NCBI GenBank assembly: GCA_965649825.1
Contig: OZ287694.1
Location: 1,301,197 to 1,365,196 of the forward strand
Length of the DNA stretch: 64,000 nucleotides
Source of the DNA: Penicillus capitatus
Taxonomy: Eukaryota; Plantae; Chlorophyta
Direction of reading: 5' to 3'
The notes under the pieces were generated by a model, which was given only the letters and a program-made list of their open reading frames with translations, searched no databases and had not been told where the DNA came from. The position numbers and the translations under genes were made by a program. Below are positions 1 through 12,835 of this stretch, one piece after another (the stretch's first letter is position 1; each line of letters opens with the position of its first letter).

Positions 1-161
1 TATCGCAGGGACGATCATCAACGGGGCCTGAATGTTCCTTACACAGGAGTACTGTCGCACTCTACAATCATCAAAAAACAATAAAGAATCTGAAAGGGCT
101 GCCAATGGATCGAAGCCAATCAACGACGTCCGAGCATTCGGTGAGTGATCTATATCGTCTC

Positions 162-977
162 TCATTCCTCTTCTGCCTGCAGAGAGGCAAGAACGAATCC
201 ACCGGCGAAGAACACCAGAAATCCAGTTCCCAGAAATCCAGCCACTCCGTACCGGAGAATGGCTTCGACGAGGTTGTCTCCGGGAATGAAGACCAAAGCG
301 CCGATCGTCGCCACCAGAAACGGAACGGACAGCGACGTGACTGTGCCTGGATTCGTCGTCAGTGCGTCCTCGGCGACGGACAGGATTCCCAATTCCTCGG
401 CAGTCGACAGCAGACCCAACTCTTCGATCTTCCCCAACGTCAGCCCCGCCTGTCACACATCTCTCGCACATGATCATCCTTCGATCACTCTTCTCTCACC
501 TTCTCTGCAGCCGAGAGCAAACCGGCAGACTCGACGGAACTCAGAACCTTCTTTCGCTCCAGTCTGGGGAACGCGGTGCGGCAGAGATTCGATGGGAATG
601 CAGATCGAGGTACTTTTCGAAGACATTGACGTTCGTGTTCTCCTGGTCTTCCGAAAACATTCCGTATCCGAAGAACCTCTGCACCACACGCGCGCACATG
701 AGTCAGTCCCATATGGAGGCACTGCCAACGACCTTCGTCCAATCCTTCTCCAGTGTATTGAGCTGCATGCACGACGTCGCATCACTAGACACAGAATACG
801 ACGAGAACGGATCTCTCACCTTCTTGGGAACGGCGTTCAATCGCGTCGACGGCGTTGCGCCTCTTCGCTGTTTGGAAGCGTCCTTGACGCTGAGACTGAG
901 TCCCTTCTGCACGCTGGACGCCGACTGGAGCCACGAGACAGATCTCTCATGTCGGAGAACATTCGACGACGCACCAT
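162..977 (-). CDS. DUF1118 family plastid membrane protein, 6 exons with an ATG-only first exon
   Basis: Manual splicing through ~50-nt GT-AG introns gives M|SASSVQKGLSLSVKDASKQRRGATPSTRLNAVPKK|LNTLEKDWTK|RFFGYGMF...|LERKKVLSSVESAGLLSAAEK|AGLTLGKIEELGLLSTAEELG... The N-terminus is transit-peptide-like and the repeated GLLS.AE motifs are typical of DUF1118. Confidence 0.8.
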
Positions 978-1075
978 CGCTCGTAAGGCGAGAGAGGAGA
1001 CGTTGTGGTCTGGCCGCGAGCAAGGCAAAGATGAAGAGATCTGTCCGATCGTCGTCATCCATTAAGACGTCCGTC

Positions 1076-2114
<1,039 letters not shown>

Positions 2115-2182
2115 AAGTGCAGAGCTCAACGGATAGACCACTGGTGACACCTCTATTGTAACAGCGTGTCATCGGTGTCGTT

Positions 2183-2982
2183 TCAGAGGAAGAATCGTCC
2201 TAGAAGTCTCGGCACGGAGCACAGGGCGGCGAGAATGGCTCGCAGGATCCAGGGATTGGTGTAGAAGCTGAAGGCGCTGTAGCTCCACGACGCCGCGCGG
2301 TAGATGAATGTGAGCCATCCCCACGTTGACTTAGCCTTGCTCTTCTTCAAATCCTGGGAACGATACAAGATGGTCACGCATTCGAAAGAGTGATCTCGCA
2401 CTTTGCAGGCGGTCACGATGGCGTCCTGCAGCTCGTGAGGTCGAATCTGATGCGCCTCTGGACACGAGAGAATGCACTGAGCAATGGTCTCCACCAATCC
2501 CTCCATCGCATCATCTTCGGTCACCCACACGAAACTCCCCTCGGAATCCTACACAACGATTCTGTTAGCGGCTTCTGTGTGCCAGGCACTAACTCCCCAC
2601 GTCGTCCGCCGTCTCCTCTTCTTGCGATGTCGACGGTGGTGGATCGAGTTGGGAGGCGCGCTCCATGTCTTTTAGCCTTTCGAGAAATTCGGGACTCTGG
2701 AGCTTGTTCGTCAGCTGGTCGAAGAACTGCACGGTATCATGCCTCCATATCAAGCACCCAATCTGTCTGTCTGTCGTTCACCTTGTCGTCTGGTGTCTCT
2801 TCCTTTGACGATGGAACTTCTGGCTCCTCCGGCTGCGACGGCGAATGCACGTCCGCTGCCGAATGTTCGGTCTTCGAAGGGCGTTCGGCTTCTTCTCTCT
2901 CCGAGACAAGAGGTTTCTTGCCTTCAGACTCGTCCCTGTTCTCTGTCGGAGCCCAACGCCGAAGCCATTGAGATAAAGCCAT
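2183..2982 (-). CDS. Uncharacterised protein resembling a green-plant family, 3 exons
   Basis: Spliced MALSQWLRRW...DDK|FFDQL...|DSEGSFVWVTEDDAMEGLVETIAQCI...WGWLTFIYRAASWSYSAFSFYTNPWILRA. The frame is conserved in the 50232..51029 copy. Confidence 0.65.
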
Positions 2983-3034
2983 CTTCTTTGCTGCTCGACT
3001 GTCACGTCGATCGGTCTTCAAAAGTAAGACCACG

Positions 3035-4115
3035 ATGCCGGACAACGCAGAGAAGCCTTCGGCAGTCTTGATTGGATACAAGGGCGTCAAGTACGGTCTG
3101 CAGAAGGGCAAAGCGGTCTCGGCTCCGAAGCCCGCAGCGTTTGGCGACGACTCCTCTTCCGAAGACGAAGTGGAGGTCCAACTCAAGAAACAGCAGCAGC
3201 AGAACCTCAAGGCTTCGAAAGTGACGACGGCACACGTTGCTGTGGGAAACGCGGTGGCTGTTCTCAGATAGCTGCGGCCCGTGCAGCAGCAGTGGCGGAG
3301 GACAGCACTGTCTATGAATACGATGCTGTGTACGATGACATCCAGCGCAGTCGGGAGGCGCCCAAGAGAAAGGAAGTGGAAGAGAGGAAACCCAAATACA
3401 TCCAGGCACTCGTGCAGAAGGCAGAGATTCGAAAGAAGGAACAAGACATCGCCTACGAGCGACGACTGGTACCCTGATCGTCGTGCGTCTGCTCAAGGCG
3501 GGGATCACTGTCTTAGTTAAAAGAGCGGAAGAAGGATGACCATCTCTACGACGAGAAGGAGGCGTTCCTGACCACTGCATACAAGAAGAAGCTCGAGGAC
3601 GACAGATACTGGATCGAACGCGAGAGAAGAATGTGTGTTCCTCTCCGCGTACGGATGCTGACAGTTCGTTCGGTTCTTGGGACAGGGATGCGATAGAGGA
3701 GGCGGAGGATGTGACGAAGAGGTCGGATCTGACTGGGTTCTATCAGAATCTCGTCACGAAGAATGTTGCCTTTGCATCGAATCGGTTGGCCGAAGCCGAG
3801 GCCGAGGCACCATCGGAGCCACTGGTCGAGTCTGCAGACGCTGAACCTGCAGCCCACTCATCTGAATCCATTCCCGCGGCTGTCGCGGAAGAGAGTGTGA
3901 AGATGCCACCATCGCCTGAGAGAAGAAAGCAAACCACACCATCGACAGAAGATACCCCTGTGAGTGATGGGCGCGCTTCGCCACACGATCCAATGGCTGG
4001 CCGTCGTAAACGAAGAAACGACGATGCCTCTATTGCTTCCGCGAGGGAGAGGTATCTTGCCAGAAAGCGCAGGACGCAAACAGGCACAAATTCTGCTGAT
4101 GCATCTGTTGGATGA
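3035..4115 (+). CDS. NSRP1: Nuclear speckle splicing regulator NSRP1/CCDC55 (DUF2040), 4 exons
   Basis: AFGDDSSSED, EDSTVYEYDAVYDD, RKPKYIQAL...AEIRKKEQD..YERRL, DEKEAFLTTAYKKKL, DVTKRSDLTGFYQNL. Confidence 0.85.
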
Positions 4116-4858
4116 ACTGCTTTGTAAGAGAACCTCTCTCCACTGATGACTGTCAATGATCGGACTCTGTACTCCTCGGCGATACACGCACCTTCCTTTC
4201 TTTCCTTCTCAGCTCGAGAGTGAACCGCGGGGGGCAGTCTTGCTATGAAGACCTACCGCATGCGCGTCGTATGATAGACTCTTTCATAGAACGGTTGAAT
4301 GTTGCAGTTCTGCATCTGTGATGACAGTTTCTGCCAAGAAAAATCAACGATCGTCGCACATGGAGTTCTATACCATCTCTATTCTGGTAACGGTTTCAGT
4401 GAATGTAGCCCAGATAGTGAAAGAGGTACTTTCGTCTCGGCAGCGCATCAATCATGACTGCCACCTCATAGAAAAGATAAAACCACCTTGACCTGTATGT
4501 GACAGGCAAGGCGTTGATCAAGCAAACTGTACTAAACGTGTGTAAGGAAACCCCAAATGAAGATTTCTGCGAACGAGATGTCAACAAACAGAAGAGTATA
4601 CAAGTAAAGGTTTCAGACTGCTGTCAATGTCCTTGCCGATAGGCTGACGACATTTGGACATCATCGAGCACGGCATTCACAGAAACTTCCAAGCAGACGT
4701 AAAACAGTCCCAGTTGTATTGTGCATCTAGCAAAGCACGCTGCCAAAAGAGTGAACCTCAACGTTGATGTACGAAAAAGATGTGTCTTTCTGGATTCCAC
4801 ACTAACGGATGGCGCATGTATTGGACGAGATAATGCACTTGTGTAGTTCTGGCTTGTT

Positions 4859-7800
4859 TCAGGAGGATTGGCTGTTTGGCTTTTCGCCGAGATTTGTTAT
4901 CTCTTTCCTCAACTCCGCCACTTCTCTGTGGGTCATGCTTATCTGTTCGATTAGCCTCTCTTCATTCTTCTCTAGTTCAGACCGAAACTTCTTCGCCACT
5001 TCAAGAATCTTTCCCTCCCACGAATCGACCCTCTCGCTGTCGATGGGCTCAACTGGTACTAGGATGTGGAAGCATTTCTTTTGTGGCTTGACGAGAAGGT
5101 CAGATGCATGACGCATGATCACAGGATGTTGCGGCACTGGATCAGGAAGCTTCGATCTCCACGTGGTTTTGCGACAGGCCTTCCTGTGAGCAGAGACATC
5201 ATTCTGCCGAGACATAGAGCGATAGATATGGCCTACCAGATTTTTCCTGGGATTCCGTTCCATCCGTTACCGACCACAATCAGCTTCGCTCGGCATTTAA
5301 TGATCTCTGCTCTCTCGATGAACTTGATTTTGTCGTACGTGTCTCCCAGGATGGCGACTAGCAAACTCATCATGACAATTCCACAGACGAACAGAAATGT
5401 ATTGAAAAACAGTGAACGGAAGACGTGATAGAAACTGTTAGAATCTTCAAGGATCTAAAATGAACAATGGAAAAGCGATCAGACAATAGACGCCTCACCT
5501 CCGGATCGAATTGGCCTAGGGATGCGTGGAAGAGTGTCTCAAAGGACTTGAAGAAAGAACTGAAGTAACTCTTGTCATCGACTTTGAAAAAGTCAGAGAA
5601 CAGGATCAGAAATGAAATTCCGAATCCGACAATCGTCAATAATGCTAACAAGGTGAAGGGAATGATATCGAGGAAGACTTGCCGTATCATAGACACCATA
5701 GGGCCTGTCGCACTCAGTGGCTGCAGATAGAGCACGATCTGAAGGACGACGGTCAGTATGTATCAGAAGGTAGTGTCGTTTATGCTCACTGAAATCCAGC
5801 ATGACATGCATGCCAATGTAGCAAGGATTGGATCCCACGCTAGCGAATAACGTCTTCTCGAAATCATCAATGGCAATAAAAAGAACGGCTCTATAAAGAA
5901 CGAGAGAATCCTACAGGGCACACCTGAGTTTGGACTTCGAAAGTTTGAGAAATCTGCAACCTTATCTGTGGAATAACACCAAAGATGTTCAAATAGAAAA
6001 TGATACAAACACAGATAATGGCAAAACATCGTGTCTCTCGGGAAACTTTTTTGGATGCAGTGTGACATTCACTGCCATTTTCGCCGATGATTTCACAATC
6101 CATATGTCCGGGTGGATATGCATCTTCGACAAGCACTTCTACCACACAGACAGAGAACAGAATGGTGGCGATCACGTGCAGCACTGCGCTAGTCAAAAAC
6201 GCGTTCCTCAAAGAGGAATGCCACCTCCATTGGACCAATGCCTTGACAAAGGTGGATCCAAAGATCTCCACCGAAACTCCCTTCTGCATCAGATTTGCCA
6301 AGAAACATCCCTTTCCACGATAAACGATGTCTTCCAGACAGAAGAACTTCGAAACCGCCATGATCTGCACCTCTTCTTCCCCTTTTCGGACGCTCTTCTT
6401 CAGAGCCTTACAGTGGCTTAGCCAGAGCGACTTGACCTCTTCACTGTTCGTTTCCGTCCAATCATCCATGGGATCCGTGACCATGGCAACAGGTTTCTCT
6501 TTCCAATTCTTTAACAGGCTCGCAGGGACTGGGAATCTTCCATAGTCGTAGAGGAGTTTGTCTTCAACGAGATAGTCACGTAAAAGCTGAGGAAAGACCT
6601 CCGACAGCTTGTCTGTATGGACAGACAGAATTGCTGCTGTCTCGCTCACAGTCGTGCGCTTCTCCGCGAGCACCTCCATCACAAATGCAGCAACCTCCTT
6701 TGATTTGTGGACGATGGACCATCCCAAGAGGTCGCCGTCTTCCCAGCAAAGGGTAAGGGACTTGCCTTCTTCGGCTGCAAGGTCCAGCAGCAGCTTCGCA
6801 CAGTCGAATTTCTTGTGTATTACGACGTGATGGAAGAGATTCTTCCTTCCTTCTCGGCCGTATCCGAGCACAGAACAGCCGTGTTCAGAAATGAGCCTGC
6901 TTCGACGACCGTTTGATTCTAGGCAGACAACAAGGGAGAGAGATTCTGACCTTTTTACGGTGTCGGCATCGATTTCGATTCCGAGCAAATCAATCAAGGC
7001 GGCATCCGGGACTGAATGCTGCAGGTCGAGCAGAAAACGCATGCAGACAATCGACAAACGATCGATCTCGGACAGCACGTCTCGATCCCGTCGACTCTCC
7101 AGGTTAGCGCGGAACTGAGTGTTGAGTTCGAGGATCTGCTCAGGCGATGAGCCGGACGTGTCGTGCAGTTCCTTGGCTGGTGTCTCTAAAACGTGACAAT
7201 GAATCTCCGCCAGTGTCCTCGACTGAACTTACGGGAGATGTCGTAAATGACGAGGCGATCACTCGCACCGAAGCCGACGATGGCCCTCGTCTGGTCTCGA
7301 TTCATCCACAGAATCGCTTCGATGTCCAGTCTCAGATGACGCGGAACGTTGGACATGTACTCGGCTGTCATGTCTTCTCTCGAGGAGTTCAGCCGGAAGG
7401 ACACGGGTTTCTTCTTCAGAGGATCCAGCCCTACTGTGAGTGTTGTGCTATCCGTTGACAGGTGGATCGGAAAAGCTTCGATCAAAGACTCTACAAAGTA
7501 TTCGACGCCACAGGGATAGTGTAGATGGCCTCTGTTGACAGTGCGAAAGCCATGTTTCAAGTCGAGCACAGCGAACTCGCCATCCTCGAACACGACGATG
7601 GCCTTAGCGCCATCCGCCGTCGCTTTCATTCCCTTCAGCGGCAGACCAATGCTCGATTCGATCCAATGTGTGACAAGATCTTCTGGACGCTCGAATCGCA
7701 CTCTTGCAATCAGGATGCCGTCGTGCTGGGCACTTGCGAATGCAAACTCCGTCTGACCGTTAGCCGAGCAGAAGATTCCACAACTGGCGTCATAAGATGA

Positions 7801-9821
7801 TCTTGGAGGTGCCACTTCTGCAGTGGTCACCATTCTCCACTGAGTGTCGGCAGAAAAACTCTCAAAGTCTTGTATCTCTTTCGTCCGATAGATGCAAATC
7901 TTGCAACGTCCCTCCCGCAAAACAACAGCTACGGATTGTCTGTCTGGACTGAGAATCACGTGTGTGACATTCGATCCTTCGTAATCGCTGAGAATGCTGC
8001 GATGGCCAGTAAAAACACGCGCTTCAGCGAGAGGGGCAACTTCGGCCGTTATCTGTCTCTTCAGTGCGAAGCCTTCGGCCATCAACTGTCCAAACGCGAC
8101 GCTGTCGTACTCCTCCATACGCCACAGGGCTGACAGCATCGCTTCAGTGGTTTCTTCTGCGCATTCGCGACCGCTTTGGAACTCGATTGGCGACGCCACT
8201 CGGAAGACCTCGATGGCTGTCCCGTTGTCCACAGCTACGAACTGACCCGTCGGATCGAACTCGGCCTTCGCCACTCGGATTCTGTCTTGAAAGGACAGAG
8301 GCACTCTGCAGATCATTCTTCCGTCTCTGAGATCGTGAACGACACCATGCCTTCCATCCGCTTCGCACACGAACATTTTCTGCTCGTCTCGTGCGATGGC
8401 CACGTTTCCACTGTCGAGAAAACGAGCTACTAATGTCGACGCAATCGAGAACCATGGCATCTGCGTCTCCATCTGCGTCTCCAATTGGAACTCGATTGTC
8501 TCGTTTTTCAGATCCATGCAAAAGACTGTTGCTGTCTCTCCGCGGTTCCTGCCGTAGAACAGTAGCATCTTGGCCGAATGCGGCACATCGTTGTCCGAGA
8601 ACAAATGGGATCCACTCGTAAACAGCATCCGAGCATCGATCAGAATGCCACCGACCAGTGCATCGTATTCCTCCAGGGCTATCGAGATCGCGGGATCCTT
8701 CGTCTTCGCGCTGTCGTCGGTTGAGACCGCCTGTTCTGGGGTTGAACTTAATTCACTTGCGGTTCTATAGATGTAGACTCGATGCGTTGCCTCTTTCACA
8801 TTCGACCCCACGCCGTCCCATGTGAGCACAAAAGTCCCATCTCTGTCCATTCTGCCGCTGCTTCCGTCGAGAGAGCTCACACGCCAGTCGGATCTTTGGC
8901 GACGGATCTTGCGGAAGAGAACAATACAAGGCTCCTGCCCGGATGGCAGTCTTCGGTTTCCGACGACAAGGAGAGAATCGTTCCCGAAATCGGCATATGA
9001 ATACGTGAAGTCCGATCCGAAATACTCTGCAAAGGGCAGAGCCTCCCACACGCGCTCCTCGTCCGAAAGCACGGAGAGCACCAGCCCTTGTTCAGGCATT
9101 TCGGCCAGGTGAGCAAACGTCCTTCGCCTGTCGTCGTCGGAAACAAGAGCGACTTTCCTCGCATTCGACAGGTCCCAGTCATCAGAGAACACAGGATTGG
9201 CCCATCGCTCCGATTCTCGTAGAACAAAGAAGCGATTCAACTCGCCGTTCAGCCCGATGCGGAAGACAGACATCGACAGATCTTCAAGGAAGACAATAAA
9301 CCGCGAGGAGCTGTCAGCGCAGAAGCTGATGTTGATAACTCCCTGTCCTCTGGACACCATCCGGTTACACAGCTGAGAGAAACGCGTCGTTTCCCACACG
9401 CTAGACAGCGTACGTCAGGCTCGCGATTTCTTGCTGAAGACGACGCACCTTAGGCATCTGCCGCTGCAGACCATGCATCGCTTTGCGTCGCTCGAGAAGA
9501 CAATGAAGGAAGAATCCCCGCCGTCTGAGAGACGACTGACGTCTAGATGAATCAGAGCAACGCGTTTCCCGCAGTCATTCTCCACTCGAGAACACGTCTG
9601 ATTACTTCCGCTCGACTCGCCTGCGACATTGGACAAGTGTCGATTCTTCCAGAAGATGGACAGTGTTTCTGAAAGGCTGACGTCCCACCTTCGTGGCAGT
9701 CGACGGAGGTAAAGGTTTGCTTTCCTGCGTTTGTTTGGGTTGCCGCCAGAACAGGTTGACGCTTTCGAGCAAGATGTCTGTTCCGCTTTGAGACATCGAC
9801 AAGTTGGACGTTGCGCGACAT
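4859..9821 (-). CDS. WD40-like beta-propeller + ankyrin-like + TRP-type cation channel fusion, copy A1 (multi-exon, ~5 kb)
   Basis: Propeller-type repeats (KAEFDPTGQFVAVD, ILSPDRQSVAVV, MKATADGAKAIVV). The propeller joins the channel half via a ~47-nt GTAAG..TAG intron. TRP motifs GPMVSMIRQVFLD, FETLFHASLGQFD and FLVAILGDTYDK are present, with a C-terminal coiled coil. The start codon is inferred from the three-copy conserved MSRNVQL. Confidence 0.85.
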
Positions 9822-10464
9822 GTGAATAAAGCGTTCTCAGACTCGCGACGAACCTCTTGCTGTCGTTTAAGACTCTGAACCGAACGTTTTGCCAACTGAT
9901 ATTCGACTTCCTTAAAAAATGAGTTCATTGTGAAAAGTGAGTGTTGTCAAGAATCTTGTGATACAATTGACACTCGTCAGGAATACGCATTATATAATTT
10001 CTACCTGAATGAAATGTGTGTATCTGAACGTTGATTGTTTGTTGCTTTCTGCATGGCACGATGTCGTTAGATAAGCTCGCCTGATTCGTTGACGGCATGA
10101 GCTACAAGGTTGCGTTCGAAGACGAGACGACAAGGATCGTTCGTTATTTAATTGTCGGATGTGTGATGGTCACTTTGTCACTAATGAGATTCCAAACGCG
10201 AGTGAGGAACGCTAACTTCCGTTCCTTAAATATTGGTCCTCAGAATACTCTTCATCCAGTTGATACGATTCTACAGTCGACAGGTGTCGGAGAACGAAAA
10301 TACGAGCAAACGTATTGTTTGGCACACAGTTGTCTAGTGCCGACAGCGACGAGGGCGCACTCTGAATTGTTCACTCACACCTCGACACTCGTTTGTCAAA
10401 GAGCACGGCGCTTGGGTTTTCCCTTCGTACGCTTGTTTGACAAACTACGTTTTCAGAAGAGCAA

Positions 10465-12642
10465 ATGGATAGCTCGGCATCGGACCTACCGTCGACGGAA
10501 GCCGTTGTGCCGGAGTCAACCACGAACAGCACAGAGCAGTTTGCGCATCGCCGTTCGCAGAGACCGCTCGTGTAACTGTGGCGCGTAGGTTAATTCCGAC
10601 GCACGAGCCGCAAATCGTCGACGCAGGGACGGCGTCAAGGAGGCCTTTGATCTTCGACGCGATTCTAAGGGGACTGTCCAGATTTGTGAGATGGATCTTT
10701 CCATGCGGCGATGAGCTTGATACTCCCACAAACCTCACGCAGCAAGAAAATGAGCTCAGGCAGGCCATCGAGGAATCGGAGAGTGCGACCAAGGCCGCCT
10801 TGGAGAACTTGCTGAGAAGGAACTCGACCTTCAAGCACACCAGCAGCGTTCTGAGCTGGAATCTTCTGGCACTCGTCCACAAACACCCGACGCTCATCGG
10901 CGCGTTCTTGGCGAGCGACAAACTCTCCTTCGAGTACGGAGAGTTCTCTGTCCCCGTCTCCCTGTTCCGAGACGCAGACGGACAGCCGATCGCAATGATG
11001 GCAGACGAGGAGCCAAGCGGCTGGGAGACGACAGACAGCGAGACAGCGAAGGCGTTCTGGATAGCAAAGTGCTCTGAGCATGAGAAAGCCCTGAAAGACA
11101 CAACGGGACCGCAGATCACAGTTGTTGCAAAGTTCGTCCGCCTCGACCAGAGTTTCACCAGACTCGCCCGACGCAAGAATGAAGGCGCTGTCTTTGGCAT
11201 CAACGCGGACGTGGTCTCGGTGCACTGCTCGAGGACGAACCTCCTGACGCTCCTCGCCACTGCCGATCTTCCGGTGGAGATCTTCAACTCTGAATCCCTG
11301 AAAAGCCTTGTCGCGTGGCGCTTCTACTCTCTCCGGAAGAGGTTCTGGTTCGTGTGCCTGTGGTATGTGTCCAAAGCAGTGATCTTCTCCGTCTTCGCAG
11401 CAGAGTACTGCCGCCTGTGGCGCGCGTCTTTGCTCCCGGGACGGATGTACCGGCTGTCGCTTTTTGTGGCAGCAGCGATGCCTGTGTGGACGACGTTTCG
11501 CTCCAGAATTCATGTCGTGAGGTAACAGCATCAGGCACAGATCTCGATCAACTTTGAGGACGCCATTCCGTTGCAGTAACATGATATTCGCGCCGCTGTT
11601 CGTCTATGTCGTCATCATGAATCGCTGCGATGAGCTCTCCGTTTTTCTGACTTCCATTCTCTGTATCATCCGATGGTTGCTGGTAGGTGCTTCGGCCGTG
11701 TCTCGACGGCTTCGTGGTTAGGAATCTAATGAGTGCGGTACTTACTGTGCCTAGGTCGTCGAGTGCCTTCGTCCTCTGGATCGCATAGGGCCCTTCATCT
11801 CGATGGTTCGTTACTCGCTCTTTGATACGCTGCCATTCATCTTTTTGGGAACTGTGGTCTTGTTCGGGTTCTCTCTCGCATTCACCGTTCTGTCGAAAGG
11901 CGGATACGTTAACTGTGATGGGTCCGAGTGTGAGAAGGAAGAAGAGTTTGCCACCATCCCGAACGCTTTCCAGACACTGTTTTACGCTTGTCTAGGAAAT
12001 ATCGAAGCAGAGGTGAGTCTGTGCCTGTCCTTGCTAAGTGAGCCTACCCCGTGTGCATTGCACCGCAGGTGTTTCAGTTTCAGGGCGGCTTCCTCTCGAT
12101 CATGAGATCCATTCTGTTCGACGCCTTCGTCTTTGTCGGCGGAATCGTCCTCCTGAGCTTACTGGTCGCCATCTTGTCCGACACGTATGACAGAGTCAAG
12201 CTCAAAGAGAAGGCCGAGCTGACGAAGTGTCGTGCGCTGATGGCTGGGTGGCTATTGTTCACGCGTTCCATCCCAGCCGGTGACAAGTGGGTCACATCCT
12301 CCGCTTCGTTCTCTTCGGTCACTGTCTTTCAGGAACACCGGCTTCTGGCTGTCCAAGTGGCGCTGGCTGTTCAGCCGCTTCTTCTATGCGTTCCGTTTTT
12401 TTCTGCCACCGGTCCCGTCAGCGAGCAACAAGAAGTACTTCCACTATCTAGTCCCGAAAGACGCACCGAGCGACGACGAGGACAAACAATGGAAAGGGAG
12501 GATCCTGGAAGTCAAAAACTATATGAAAGAGTGGTGGGAGAAGTACGAAGACCGACTGGGGAATCTCGAGAAAAAGATGGACCTATTGCTCCAAAAACTG
12601 GAATCGTTCAAACTATCCCGAGCGAGCTCTTCAAGCTACTAA
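10465..12642 (+). CDS. Short TRP-type cation channel lacking the WD40 domain, copy B1
   Basis: MDSSAS...Q|LIPTHEPQIV..., GPFISMVRYSLFD, FQTLFYACLGNIE, LLVAILSDTYDRVKLKEKAELTKCRALM, KKYFHYLVP. Confidence 0.85.
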
Positions 12643-12835
12643 CGGCACGCATGACGCCGTTCTGCTTCGTTTCATTATTCTTCCCCTATCTTGTTGTTTA
12701 TTGTTTATTATAGAAAACGGACAACCGTGCAATGGGATGTTTACAGGACCGATGTTTAGTGAGCTTTATTCACTTTGTTTTCGATAGGGCAGACACATGG
12801 GTTTCGATGTAGAAGGCTGTATATGATTAAGATTC

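Noticed and set aside
7186-9399. Treating the 725-737 aa WD40 ORFs as stand-alone genes
   Set aside because: Conserved GT-AG introns join them in frame to upstream exons and to the TRP half in all three copies.
10391-10445. 10-bp inverted repeat GTTTGTCAAA/TTTGACAAAC upstream of TRP-B1
   Set aside because: Only one half is well conserved in the B2 copy, and it is short enough to be chance.
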